In this document: piece after piece, positions 1 to 12,260 of the stretch
How positions within the stretch are numbered: the first letter of the stretch is position 1
Layout of the letters: each line of letters opens with the position of its first letter
Notes under the pieces: model-generated
Database searches by the model: none
What the model was told of the DNA's origin: nothing
The model's input: the letters and a program-made list of their open reading frames with translations, nothing else
From: Octopus sinensis
Lineage: Eukaryota
Direction of reading: 5' to 3'
NCBI RefSeq assembly: GCF_006345805.1
Contig: NC_043003.1
Span: 73,098,001 to 73,162,000, forward strand
DNA length: 64,000 nt
Program-made: the position numbers and the translations under genes

Positions 1-92
1 ATGTTTAGTTTTTCAATTCTTTCTCTTTCATTGTTTATTGTCCTATTTTGGTTTATATTTATATAGTAATAACTATTATAGTGTTTTCGACT

Positions 93-700
93 TCATTTTA
101 ATCTTATTATCATTATCCGTTCCTTAATGTTTGCATCTTTGTTATACGTGTTTGATTCATTTTCATTCTCCATCTGTTTCTTGATGTGTTTACTTATATT
201 ATTCTTATCGGATTTATATTCTGTTCTACCCATATTCTTTTTATTCTTGTATCTATTAATTTCTATGTTAATAACTTTATGACGAATCTTGTTTTGTGTA
301 TTGTCCGTATTCTCTAATTTTACGCTTGGTCTATAGAATTTTAAGTTTTGTTTATGTTCAGCTTTACTTAGTGTGATATTATAACAATCTATATTGTGTT
401 TAAAAATTACCTCATCTGCAGAGAGACTAGAAATTCTTTTAGATATATTTTCAACTAAATTTCCTGTAATATTTCTTGTATGGTTACTATTTTTATTAAT
501 GTTCCTTATATTAATATTAGGTTTAGAGTAGGGTTTATATTTACCTGTTTCTAGATAAAGGTTAATACCCAAGAAGTTAACTGAATTGTGTTCCTTTTCA
601 ATAGTGATATATTTCCTATATCGAAAATTATGGAAATCTCCATAGCGACAACAGGAATTTCAGATGTGTAAAGTTCTAATGTTGAAGAGGAACCAACGAT
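93..700 (-). mobile_element. Penelope-like element relic (RT C-terminus and following helical region)
   Basis: The minus strand reads ITIEKEHNSVNFLGINLYLETGKYKPYSKPN...SNHTRNI..N....ISKRISSLS.DE.IF, matching the PLE pattern ITIE..VNFLD.T.DL..G.YKPY.KPN..P.YI...SNHP..I...I..RIS..S..E..F. ORF 93..572 is its decayed remnant. Confidence 0.75.
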
Positions 701-949
701 AAACACTAGTACATAGATACATGAAAAATTTTCAGTATCGTTAATCGATGTTAGTACAAAACTGGTGTACGCTTGGATAATATATCCCTAAGAAAGAAAA
801 AGTCTTTGTATACAGACTTATATATATATATACAAAGCTATACTTATATGCATATACATATACGCATGAACAAACACACACACCACACACATACCAGAAC
901 AGAATCTAAAGAAACCGGTGTTGGAAGGTGTTGACAAGACTTTATTTAA

Positions 950-1620
950 GTAACATGTACAAAAAGAGTATAGTGAACTTGCAGTAGGGAATGCAAAACC
1001 TAACGTTTAGGGCAGAGTCGCTCAGGGAAAAGTTGACCGAATAGAAATTAAAAAGAGATAGTAGAGTTTTGCATCCTTTGTGTTTGTAAAACAGACTGTA
1101 ACTGATGGGGAATGCAAGATGACATGAGAGAACATCAAGTTGTAGACGAAGGAAAATTTATAAGAAAGTTAGAAGGGAACAGAATGAGATGGAGAAGCGG
1201 CTGAAGGTGGGAGTAAAATAAAAGGAAGAACTGAGATGACAGGTAACTGAAGTATAAGAATAGGATTAGTGAACTAAGATTAGAAGTAAAGTGAAAACAG
1301 TTTATTTAGACCTCTTGGTGACATGGTGCTAACTTCAAAAATCACAGCTATTAATCAGTTTCGATGGTTTCAATAATCGGTGGAATTGCTACATTCCTCA
1401 ACTAGCTGGATGATATGTATACACTAAGATTGTGTAAGTCCATGCATTGTCAAAAGTAAACCTCAGTCAGTGATATTGTGATGACTGTTAAGAATACATT
1501 GCCCTTGTACACAGGCTGATACCGTTATAAGTACAGTTGGTGGTCGGAGCAATGAAGCTCATAGCGAGACAATATTTAGGTTGCTATAACAACTGGGGAG
1601 CACAAAATAGGGAATCAGTG
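950..1620 (-). mobile_element. degenerate PLE (Neptune-like) GIY-YIG C-terminus and 3' region
   Basis: The minus strand near 1290-1330 reads STMSPRGLNKLFS, resembling the PLE end motif LGTL.P.GLN..F. A pyrimidine-rich 3' region follows, with a decayed 'ctga..gccctaaacgtt' terminal motif near 1000-1030. Confidence 0.45.
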
Positions 1621-2867
1621 GTTTCTGATTTGAGTGGACACTAAGTAAGCGTATATCTGTTCGTATTACTGATTGTATTAAAACAATCAACTTTATCATT
1701 ATGCTAACCTACTGCCACACGTTAAGTGATTTTTCTAATTGTATCATCCTTGTTGTTTACAATGTGTTTACTAAGTTCATTCTGAAGATAGTTTATTTAG
1801 TGTTTACTAGAAACGTCTCCTTTTTGTCTGTCATAATGACATTTATTTTAGACGTGTATATGTCTAAATCTACTGGAGATAACTTGATTAGGAAATATAT
1901 AAAGATATACACACGCGCACATACGCATACGTACGCAGATATATCTGTATACCCTTGAGGGTATTGAGAAATGCTTAGTACTGGACATATAGGTATAATA
2001 CAGTAAATATGAAGGAAGTTTAGGGTTGGAAAAAACTTGACAATTAAAATACTATAACCCCTGATGATTAGATGCGTTATTACTTTAGTCTATCCCTTCT
2101 GTGTGCATTATAATAGCATCAAACCCCGTGAAATAAGCGGTGTTTCACCTTCACTATTAACCAATCAGCCGAAAAGCGCCATTTTAGTTGTTGTGTGGTA
2201 TATTCAAAGTTTTAACTCAGGTGTGTGAGCAGTAATTACAGACGTGAACCCCATAGTGCGATCTTCAAGAAAATGCAGTTTATATGGTCCAGTTTAGAAA
2301 TGCATATCTCAATAGCCATGGCAGATTATCAGTATGTTTAGCGACATTGACAAATTCATGTGTATGCTGGTCATAAGTACTGAGGACATGACGGTACTAG
2401 AATGTTTCAATGATATATGAGGCAATTGTGTATTCTTTATGTTAACTGCAATATTTTTTTAGTCCTACCGATGAAGAATCTTCTGAGATTTCATTTTTTA
2501 GATGAAAAGAAAATCTAAGTTTACTGTATGGGACTCACGCGTGAATAAGAAGAGGAAAGTAGAATGGGATGTATTACAATTTAAATCAGGACAATTATGT
2601 ATACGGGAATGAATTTGGAGGATGTAATATAAACTTGGAGAACACTAAAATTAATATGATGCGTATAAATGGGAAACTACTGAAACACGAAATGAGTGAC
2701 ATAGCTAAGAAACTGTCAAGAATGAGATTTTTGAAGAGTTTCCCTGTGTCAATGGTAAATAACTTGGCTTCGGCGCAGTAATTTGTGCAAGATCAAGCAT
2801 TTGGTACGTCTAATTCTAATGTTCCATGATGGTAAAATGTTTGAGTGTGTGTATATGTTTGTATGTC

Positions 2868-2869
<2 letters not shown>

Positions 2870-2930
<61 letters not shown>

Positions 2931-3022
2931 CAGAGCAAGAGTAATAGAGCGAGCGAGAGAGAGAGAGAGAGAGAGGGATAGAGCGAGATAGACATATATA
3001 TATATATAATATATATATATAT

Positions 3023-3087
<65 letters not shown>

Positions 3088-3088
3088 G
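2870..3088. repeat. compound microsatellite (GA)n-(TA)n-(GATA)n
   Basis: Directly visible; explains ORF 2816..3112. Confidence 0.95.
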
Positions 3089-4086
3089 CGATAAAGAGGA
3101 GGAAGGTGACAAATAAAGGAAATTTCAGGTCATAATGTAGCTATTTATGACCATCTCCATAACCTTCGAGTTGTTAGATGTGTATAGGGATATATCGATA
3201 TTCTATCACCCAATAGATTATGCCACCATATTTACAATATACACCAATGTGTGTCCCAGCGTGATGTATCAATACTGTGCTGATTTATAAAGCAAATTGT
3301 CAGTAAGGTAACTTGTCTTGTGGGAGTGTAATTGCTACCATTTTTTTAATGTATTTATTCAGTAATCCTGCTCCCTGATGACTGCCAACCTGTACTTTAA
3401 GTGCAGAGCCGCGGACACTTTTGAGGTGAGTCGGCAATCCAATGACCTTTGGAACTTACAATCATAATTCAGTGCCATTTAGTAACAACGGTTGAGAGGA
3501 AAGGAGAAGAGCAACTTAACATGATGTTGGTATTTCTGCAACACTACCGAATAGATTATGATCTCCAGAAGCAAATATGAATTAACCTTGCGTTCAGAGT
3601 TCTGGCAGAAATCTTATTAAGTAAGCGCAATGTTGACAACTTGGAATATATATTGTACTGATGTCATAATGTTGTTGGTTATTGTTAATCGGAGATAAAG
3701 CAATATTTTATCGATGATTCATTTCCCTACTGTCTTCTCAAAAGGCTATTATTAATATTTTATTAGATGGCAAACTTCTTAAATATTGCCAAGCTTCATG
3801 AACAGTTTAATAACTTTTTTCAAGACATTATTCGCCAAGGTCAATAAATCAAATGGAATCTGTCACAGATTCTGTTTGTTTGTGCGTTCGTTTGCGTGTT
3901 TGGTGATGCAGTAAATCTTACAATACAGAAGAGAAAGTTGGTTGTAAAGGGATAACATACCACTTGTTATGTTTAATAAATAAGTAATCATATTGTATGA
4001 GTATTACAATGATATACTGAATCTATACTTAATCTAATGTATGAATAATGTACTCGATGTATATAAAACTATCTTTAAATTCAGTG

Positions 4087-4140
4087 TATAGAATAACATA
4101 TAAGCGAGTGATATATAGAATAACATATAAGCGAGTGATA
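4087..4140. repeat. 27-bp direct tandem duplication
   Basis: tatagaataacatataagcgagtgata occurs twice back to back. Confidence 0.9.
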
Positions 4141-4245
4141 AAATTGGTATCATTCAGTACTGTAAAAAGAACAACTTTATAGGTTATAAAATACAGTTGC
4201 TTAACACAATCGGTAGTAAACCACCGGTAGGTATTTTATTAAGAT

Positions 4246-4246
<1 letters not shown>

Positions 4247-4315
<69 letters not shown>

Positions 4316-4345
4316 ACACACATACACACACACAAACACACACAT
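4247..4345. repeat. (CA)n microsatellite
   Basis: Directly visible. Confidence 0.95.
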
Positions 4346-5319
4346 ATGCAAACACACAAAGATAAAAGGCACTATTAATATTTTAGGATTTGAAATAAGA
4401 ATACAAGAGACATGATGCCCTAATGCATTTCCTTCGTTAACTTACAAATAACTTTATTTGCATACAAATTTTGTAATAACTGCGTACATTAATGGTATCT
4501 TATGAATCTAGATGGACAAAATAATTACTCTATCAATTTGAGGTTAGAACTCACAATTTAGAAGAAACAAGTAACTATTATAAATTGTATTATATAACTT
4601 AGATATTCCTTGTAACAAGCAGAATTATATACCATCATCCAGAATACAGCAGGACAAAGTCATATAGTTTGAAATGCTGATAAATTAAATAATTAATACT
4701 AATTTCTTAGGTGATTTTCATAGAAACATGTAAATATATTATCGGTCTTATCTAGATTTTTTTACCATTTTTACGCAATTATTTAATAAGTTTGTAACAC
4801 ACACACACATACACACATACACAGACACACACACTCACACCATATTGATACACTCATATATTACTTAGCAATGCAACAGAGAAAAGTTAATACAAAGTAG
4901 AGTGTTTTACACACGAGTGGTTATCTGCTTGTGAACGAATTAGTTTACATATCAAATCGACATAAAGTACTTCACCGATGTAAGATAAACGAAATTCAGA
5001 AACAAAATTAGTGAAGGTTTGAAATATAGTCGAGCCTTTTCAGAAACTAGCTTTTAATTATAAGAAAAAATTGGTTGATATGACATAGTAATCCTTAATA
5101 TTTGAAAATGTATGAAAAGAGACTGCATTATTTTTTTACTCTATGCTTAGGTACATATGTATACGCGCGAGCACACGCACGCACACACACACACTAACAC
5201 ACACACGCACACTCACACACATATATATGACTATCTATCAGTAGTTCATAAATTTGACAAAGAAGCACACTCTAAAACTTTAGATCAGTAGTATATTTAG
5301 AAGGTTGTTTCTTATGACT

Positions 5320-6080
5320 GATCACAGAGTGACCTTTGGTTTCGCACCTATAACGCGCTTAACTGTATAGGCGTCTCTTCAACTGGGGGGAGAGAAACGT
5401 TATGGCGAGAAGTCTTTCTAAACAAAAAAAAATACCGGAACGAAACCCTGTTGGTACAGTCTTGGGTGAGACGGAGTTATCCCCATTATATTGGTTCTAG
5501 CCCTATCAATAACGACTACTTTCGAAATTGGTAGCAATTTCCTAGCCCGGAAATGGAGAATTTCATGCCCGCAACAAGAATTTCCTCTGATGAGGGCATT
5601 GACTAAGCACTTCGTTTTTGGAGTTTAAAAAAGGCTCCTGATCAAAATAAGATTTTCAGGATACTTGCTATTTTGGTCATGCAAAGCTTACATCGTTTTC
5701 TCACGCTGAGATATGGTCCAGTTTTTCTAGGAGCTTTCATTTTATTATGTATTTTGTAGCTGACCAGGAACGTGATGTTGCACCTCTTGGGTATACTAAA
5801 AGTGGACCAGTGGTTGTTCAGACGCCACTTTAACGGGCCGCCAGTGGAACCGATGTATTTCCATATCTATGCTCTTGCACTCGTGGTGTTACAACCGATG
5901 TTGTTGCGGTCGTCGCTGCCGTTGATGCTACTACTGCCGAACGCGATTCTGAATATAAAATATGCCAATTTCATATTGTGTTTGTTTATTAGTTTGTGAC
6001 AGTTGTTGTAGGAGTGGAAATGTTTTTGGAGTATCCTGAAAAATATTTTGGGTATTAATGTGGAGAATCTTATATGAATG
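5320..6080 (-). mobile_element. Penelope-like element relic, GIY-YIG endonuclease C-terminus plus 3' UTR
   Basis: Minus-strand frames give KYIGSTGGPLKWRLNNHWSTF, PYLSVRKRCKLCMTKIASIL and FLNSKNEVLSQCPHQRKFLL*, matching PLE motifs YIG.T....K.R..NH..SF, Y....KRC.LC..EK..IL and LN.R.EL.S.C.H..KFLL. Confidence 0.78.
5321..5390 (-). ncRNA. degenerate type I hammerhead-ribozyme-like motif with long stem II
   Basis: Minus strand: (U)UGAAGA, G-A-CGCCUAUA..UAUAGGUG-C, GAAA, CC-AAA-GG, UC. Stem III and the GUC site are intact; stem I and C3 are damaged. Confidence 0.5.
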
Positions 6081-6139
6081 TGTGTTTATGTGTGTGTGTG
6101 CATATATATGTGTGAGTGTTAGCGTTTGTGTTTCTTCCA

Positions 6140-6300
6140 CACTACCGCTTTTTAACCAATGTTGGTTTGTTTGTGTCCCTGTAACAGAATAAGTACCAAA
6201 CTTTAAAGAAAATGTAAGTACTAAGGTTGATTCGTTCTGCTAAAAAAATACTTTCAAGTGGCTGTAGTCCAAAGTCTGAAACAAGAGGAAGAATAAATGA
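6140..6300 (+). mobile_element. SINE family C, 3' portion
   Basis: ccactaccgc..aaccaatgttggtttgtttgtgtcccctgtaac..aataagtacc..ctgaaacaag resembles the 3' half of the copy at 28020-28428. Confidence 0.6.
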
Positions 6301-6317
6301 ACATTATACACCCACCC

Positions 6318-6372
<55 letters not shown>

Positions 6373-6874
6373 AGCTTAAAGCAGCTCCTACGGAGGTTTA
6401 ATTGATCCGGCGGCTCAAAACTAAAGACACCTAAATAGTATGACTATAATAAGTCTGTAATAACTATATGCCTCGGCGGTGTTTGATCAGAGGTTAAGGA
6501 CGGATGAGAATTAATTCTGTAATGCAATCATTCTACTGTTCCAGTCCCAGTTTGAATTATAACTGTTGGCTAATTTGCCCCAAATTTGCTATCTCGACGT
6601 AAAATTAACGAAGCGAATGTATTTATCTCAACTTTGATCTCTGACGTAATCTGACGAGCGCCAATCAAGTTAGCCTGAATTAGCCAAGTTTTACCTGCTA
6701 GAAATAACAATCCAAATGCTTTTAAATCAGATCTCAATACCGAATTTTCAAGAAGCAAATGAAGGGCAGATTTCCAATCTCACGATCATCCTGATTGCAG
6801 AAAGGTATAATATGTCTATGCAGAGCAAATGTAGACGGAGACACAGGGTTCCAGACAGAATTTTGCGACTATTA

Positions 6875-6911
<37 letters not shown>

Positions 6912-6942
6912 GATTATTATTATCATTATTATTATTATTATT

Positions 6943-7339
6943 GAGTGAGAGAACAGTAAATGCCATCAGAATGATACTGGGGTAAAATATACGAAGCCCA
7001 ATATACCCATTATGACTACCCGTCTGATAAGGGTAAACTAGGCACATGCATCGCAACCATATGTGCGCAACATGGTGATCTCATATCAGGATAAACAGCA
7101 CATGACCGTGCAGGTGGGACCCGGTTAGAATTTTCTTCCGGACGAGTAACCCATCCCGCTCAAAAGGTCCCTGAATAAGGATTGTTTAAGGATGTTGAAC
7201 GAACCACCAAAGTTTCCAGAGGTGAATTATTCAAACCCCAAAGAATCCCTCTCAACACATGGCTATGATGCTCCCCCACTACTTCTGCTCGTGATCACAG
7301 ATGCACATATCATCGGCCGCTAAGGGACATGCTCAACTG
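6943..7339 (-). mobile_element. non-autonomous element B, 5'-truncated (second copy at 7651-8047)
   Basis: Closely similar to 47478-48032 and 41421-41896; (AAT)n tail on the minus strand. Confidence 0.85.
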
Positions 7340-7526
7340 TTTGTTTTAAAACGTGAGATTACAGAGAAGGTATTTTGCGAAGGATATGAGCAGTTCCCAT
7401 GAGCACTATCTTTTGAATTTTTGCCATTTTGGGGTTTCTTGGTATCTGAGCTAGGTAGCAATCAGCCCCTTTTGCTATCATTCCCAGGGCACCTATGACA
7501 ACAGGTAGTGTTTTAGTCTTCAGGTT
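7340..7526 (-). mobile_element. R4/Dong-like RLE LINE 3' fragment (second copy at 8048-8234)
   Basis: The minus strand reads NLKTKTLPVVIGALGMIAKGADCYLAQIPRNPKMAKIQKIVLMGTAHILRKIPSL*, the same C-terminus type as at 44351-44590. Confidence 0.85.
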
Positions 7527-7532
7527 ATTAAT

Positions 7533-7575
<43 letters not shown>

Positions 7576-8240
7576 TATTATTATTATTATTTTATTATTA
7601 TTATTATTATTATTATTATGATTATTATTATCATTATTATTATTATTATTGAGTGAGAGAACAGTAAATGCCATCAGAATGATACTGGGGTAAAATATAC
7701 GAAGCCCAATATACCCATTATGACTACCCGTCTGATAAGGGTAAACTAGGCACATGCATCACAACCATATGTGCGCAACATGGTGATCTCATATCAGGAT
7801 AAACAGCACATGACCGTGCAGGTGGGACCCGGTTAGAATTTTCTTCCGGACGAGTAACCCATCCCGCTCAAAAGGTCCCTGAATAAGGATTGTTTAAGGA
7901 TGTTGAACGAACCACCAAAGTTTCCAGAGGTGAATTATTCAAACCCCAAAGAATCCCTCTCAACACATGGCTATGATGCTCCCCCACTACTTCTGCTCGT
8001 GATCACAGATGCACATATCATCGGCCGCTAAGGGACATGCTCAACTGTTTGTTTTAAAACGTGAGATTACAGAGAAGGTATTTTGCGAAGGATATGAGCA
8101 GTTCCCATGAGCACTATCTTTTGAATTTTTGCCATTTTGGGGTTTCTTGGTATCTGAGCTAGGTAGCAATCAGCCCCTTTTGCTATCATTCCCAGGGCAC
8201 CTATGACAACAGGTAGTGTTTTAGTCTTCAGGTTATTAAT

Positions 8241-8276
<36 letters not shown>

Positions 8277-8289
8277 TTATTATTATTGT

Positions 8290-8461
8290 TATTATTATTC
8301 AATAGTCGTATTTTATATAATTTGCTTCCACTGCAATACCGAGCACAGCTCTGCGTTACTTGGGTATGTGCTGTAGTTTGTTGTGATGCTCTTATAGTTA
8401 CTGTATTGAGAGTGCTTTACGTAGGATGTGTGCGGTGCCTAGTAGCGCTATTTTCTGTATG

Positions 8462-8462
<1 letters not shown>
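8290..8462 (-). mobile_element. R4/Dong-like LINE extreme 3' end
   Basis: IQKIALLGTAHILRKALSIQ* followed by a 3' UTR similar to that at 44245-44350, then an (AAT)n tail. Confidence 0.85.
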
Positions 8463-8540
<78 letters not shown>

Positions 8541-8564
8541 TATATATATATATGTATATATATA

Positions 8565-8688
8565 AAATACAAACTGGGACAAGAACGCAAAACATTTAGA
8601 AGACGATACAAAAAACACGGACGGGACATTCGAAGCCTTCAATCTTCAGTCAAGAACCGGATCATCCTCGCAATTTCGGCTGATTAAT
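8565..8688. repeat. ~125-bp interspersed-repeat-like insert between (TA)n tracts
   Basis: Complex-sequence island flanked on both sides by (TA)n, the same context as the 55933-56080 element. Family not identified. Confidence 0.4.
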
Positions 8689-8959
8689 ATATATATATAT
8701 CACTCATCGGTACTTTTTCATTAACAAAGAATAAAGAGCCAGAGACACCCGTCTGAGAACCTGACAGGATGAAGCATTGGGTAGATGTGGTGCTTTTACA
8801 CATTTTGCCATAAGAGGGAACTTTTTCTCCACGGTATGCAGTGAAGTTAAAATATGTCAATTTTAAAACTAAATTCCATACCTACCTACCTACCTACCTA
8901 CCTACCTACCTACCTACCAACATATCTACCTACCTACCTACATACATACATATATAAAG

Positions 8960-10300
8960 TGATAAATCTTTTACGTTTTGAGCCTACGCTCTTCAACAGA
9001 AAGGAATAAGGGAAAATAAACAGAGATTTAGCGATCAAGCATTGCGACTGGTTGGGAAAAATAGGTTTGACAGTAGGGGTAGAAAGAAGAGGATATATTA
9101 AAGCATTGGTGATCCCCAAACTAAGGTACGCGTGCGTTTATGTGTATGTGAGAATGTTATGTGTGGATAGGGGATAGTGACTCTAACGTTTGGATGTATG
9201 CGTGTGTAAGTGTGTGCGTCTGTAATGTGTGGATGTATGGATGATGGTATGTGTGTATGCAGATGATGGTGTGGGTGTGGGGATGATGGTGTGTTGGTAT
9301 GGAGATGATGATGTATGGTGTAGATGTTGGGAGTTGTCAGTGGTAGTGTATGTGGGATGGTGTGGTGCGATGGTGTGTGATGTGGTGTGGGGTGGTATGG
9401 TTTGGGGGTGTGGGGATGTGGGGATGTGGGGGGAGAGTGTGGCATGGAGGTATGCGGGTAGTGGTGGAGTATGTGAAAGTGGGGTGTGTGGTTGTGTGGT
9501 GTGGATGGAGGGAGTATCAAGGATAAGAGAAGGTGGGTAGGAGTGAGGATAGGAAGTAGGTGTTGGAGGAAGAGAAGAGAGAAGAGATGGGTAGGAGCGA
9601 AGTGAGGAAGAGAAGAAGGTGAAGAGAAGAGGAGAATTGAGCACATGTGGCGCGAAATTGCGAAGAGAGAAGACTAATTCCTGTTCACAATGAGGTTGGG
9701 AGTTCAGATGCAAAGACAATCCGAACACAGACAAGTGTTGTAGTGAATGACCAGTAGAGTGGAAATGGTGCGAGACCGAGGTGTCAATGTCGAACCGGTC
9801 AGCCAATCGGCATCCCGTTTGGCCAATATACAGAGAAAGGCAGAAAGAGCAGGAGATGCAGTAAATGACGTTGCTAGAAGTGCATGTAAAGGAGTCGGTG
9901 ATATGATAGGGACGATGATGGGTGCCCGTGAGGATGGTAGTTCTGGAGAGGTAGGGACAAGTGCGGGAGCGTGGGCGGGAGCAGAGGAATGAGACAGGTT
10001 CCAAAGATGGGGGTTAGGGATGAAACTGTAGAGCAGGAGGCCACGCTGGTTATGGGCTCGTTTGAAGGAGGGAAGGGGTAGTGTAGAGAAGATGTTTGAG
10101 ATGGAGGGGGTGATATTAGAGTCACCGGAAAGCTCGGGAAATGATGTATTCTAGGGGCAGGGTGGAGGAGTAATATGTGAGGGGAAAGGGGAGACGATTA
10201 ACGGCTGGGCGGGTGCGGGGAGAGAGAGAGCAGAGGTAGAGTACACGGAACGTGCTTTGGTGAGAGCTGTGTGGATAGCGGTGAGGGAGATATCCACGAA
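8960..10300 (-). mobile_element. Penelope-like element (Neptune-type) 3' fragment with GIY-YIG endonuclease
   Basis: ORF 9183..10004 begins CSRPRSRTCPYL...FTCTSSNVIYCISCSFCLSLYIGQTGCRLADRF..VSHHFHSTGHS..LSVFGL..EQELVFSL..APHVLN, a typical PLE GIY-YIG domain. It then runs into low-complexity sequence and a hammerhead-like end at 8967-9004. Confidence 0.88.
8967..9004 (-). ncRNA. minimal type I hammerhead-ribozyme-like motif (variant core)
   Basis: Minus strand: CCUUU CUGUUGA A GAGC GUAG GCUC AAAA C GUA AAAG. Stem I is CUUU/AAAG, stem II is GAGC/GCUC and the site is GUA. The core deviates at A6U and G12A. Confidence 0.55.
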
Positions 10301-11049
10301 AGTCTCATCATAACACACACACACACACACATATATATATAAGATATATATTAATGTGTTTCACATCTATGTGAGTGATTTGTCATGAAGTACCAAGATT
10401 TTCGTTTTCTTTTTACTTAAGATCAATTAAGGAGTTGATATCCTTAGCTTTCAGGTCAATTTTCAGGTTATTTAAAACAGTATTTTTCCAAGTGCACAAC
10501 CCGGCATCAGTGACAATGTATGCACTCTGCATACTTTATACTATCAATATTTACATCAACATCACGAATTTTCAACACCGTTTTTAAGAGGTCGGCTTAA
10601 TTTGGTCTATACAAGACATTCCCCGATACAAAATATTTACTCACACACCTATAGACATTACAACAGTTTGGAGTTGGCTTCGCGTCGAAACTAATTTCTT
10701 CAAGGAATTCTTCCTTTAATAGCTTTTACAGTTAACAATAATTCTGAAAATAGAAATGGAAAATATCTGTTAAGTAGTTTTTATTATAAATTCAGTTGTT
10801 TCCTCAGGGTATTTCTCTTGTTGCTGTATTATATTACTATATTTAGGTGGTTCCTGTTGAGCATGATTTGCTTCAGCTTATGTTGTTCTCATGTAAGATA
10901 CCTTCCATTAAAAGTTTTTAAACATTTCTATTGCTATCATTTGATACACATTGATGGGCACTTACTTTATATGTCTACACATCACACACACACACGTTCT
11001 CTCTCTCTCTCTCACACGCACCAAAGATTTTAACTAATTACAAAATATA

Positions 11050-12090
11050 ATAGCATGAAATGTTTCTGAATAATTTCAAAATACAATTCATGATATAGTC
11101 ATAGATTTCTTCTTTCCAGTTTCAGCTTTAATTGATACCTTCAGTGTCACTAAATATTTTACCTAATTTCAAAGTCAAATGGCATTAATTGTTTTCACAT
11201 AATTCCATAATATATAGATATAAAAAAATTCACTCACAGATTTTTCTTATAGACAATTCTATGTGATGTTTCCATTACTACGGAATACCAATAATACCGA
11301 GATTATTGAAATGGTGGGTAATTAAAAAATGCCCGATATTCATTAATAAATTACATTTTTTCATGTTTCCTCGTTATTCTTCTTTTGTTGAATCTCCATA
11401 CTAGTATTTGACAAGAAAATTGTCAAATCCGGCAATACTGATTCCTCACAATTATCTACCGGGCATTTTCTCGTGTAAGAGTGTTTAATTTGTTGGCAGC
11501 TTAGTTTCACATTTCTATAGACTGTCAGACAAGTTAAACTTTCCATATCAAAATATATATTAAATTTTCGAAAAATTATCCTTTTGTTTTAAGAGAATCT
11601 ATTTATATGTAGAATTGAGAAAATTCTAATAAATGATACACTGTTTGGCCGGCTGCTTTTATTGTGTCTTACAGTCATAGATTTTATATACCGCTTGTAT
11701 ATGCATGCGTATAATTTTTATAGAATTTACTCTTTCTCTTAATGATTGGATGTTTCTTTCTAACTTTTTTACCTATTGGCTGCAAAGTAACATAAGTAAG
11801 TTTTGGTGACGGCATAACTTCTTTTCCATATTCATTATTTGCCTCAAGACGTTCCTGAGTATCTATTTGTTTCACACTTGGAAATCAATATTGATTAAAT
11901 TCAAGGGGTAATTTCTAATCTATAATCTCTTTTTAAATGATTTGAGACTAGTGTGCAAATTCGGTTTGCTAAGTTATATGAGCTGTTGACTCGAAAATGC
12001 TTGGGTGGACTAAGTAAAAAGGATATATTATTTTGAGTTAATATCTTTATTGTGTATGTATTCATACATACACGCACACATATAACACAC
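11050..12090 (-). mobile_element. possible highly decayed PLE
   Basis: Scattered minus-strand fragments (YRLEITP; RKCPVDNC; YILWNYVK) weakly recall PLE RT and GIY-YIG motifs; many stops. Confidence 0.3.
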
Positions 12091-12131
12091 ACACTTACAC
12101 ATTTCTAATTCATTATTTCCTTTTATCTCGA

Positions 12132-12260
12132 ATAGAGTGGCCAAGTGATTAGGGCGTTGGGCTTACGATCATATGCCCTTTGGTCTGATTCCTGAACTGG
12201 GAAGAAAGATGTGCCTTGCGCGAGGCACTTCTTTTCCAGTTGCGTCAGTCACCTCAGATA
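12132..12260 (+). mobile_element. tRNA-headed SINE (family D) fragment
   Basis: gtggccaagtgattagggcg (A-box-like) ... ggtctgattcctga (B-box-like), followed by a CORE-like tgtgccttg..aggcactt segment. Confidence 0.5.

Larger units (their letters stand above)
6872..8285. repeat. 708-bp near-perfect tandem duplication bounded by (ATT)n
   Basis: Anchors gagtgagaga at 6943/7651 and gctcaactg at 7331/8039 are offset by 708 bp. One substitution was noticed outside the microsatellite (catcgcaacc vs catcacaacc). Confidence 0.95.

Noticed and set aside
3363-3425. 63-bp candidate exon (ttcag ... gag|gtgagt)
   Set aside because: All three frames contain stops. It could be a UTR exon, but there is no support without RNA data.
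5545-5610. Plus-strand GAAA...CUGAUGA GGGCAU as a type II hammerhead
   Set aside because: Stem I cannot form, and the bases are the antisense of the PLE endonuclease coding end.
8605-8660. Minus-strand CUGAAGA...GAAU GUC as a hammerhead
   Set aside because: The GAAA box and stems I and II do not pair acceptably.
9098-9646. His/Pro-rich and Gly/Val/Trp-rich ORFs as structural proteins
   Set aside because: They derive from a low-complexity GT/GGT-rich tract inside the PLE 3' region, with no splice or start context.
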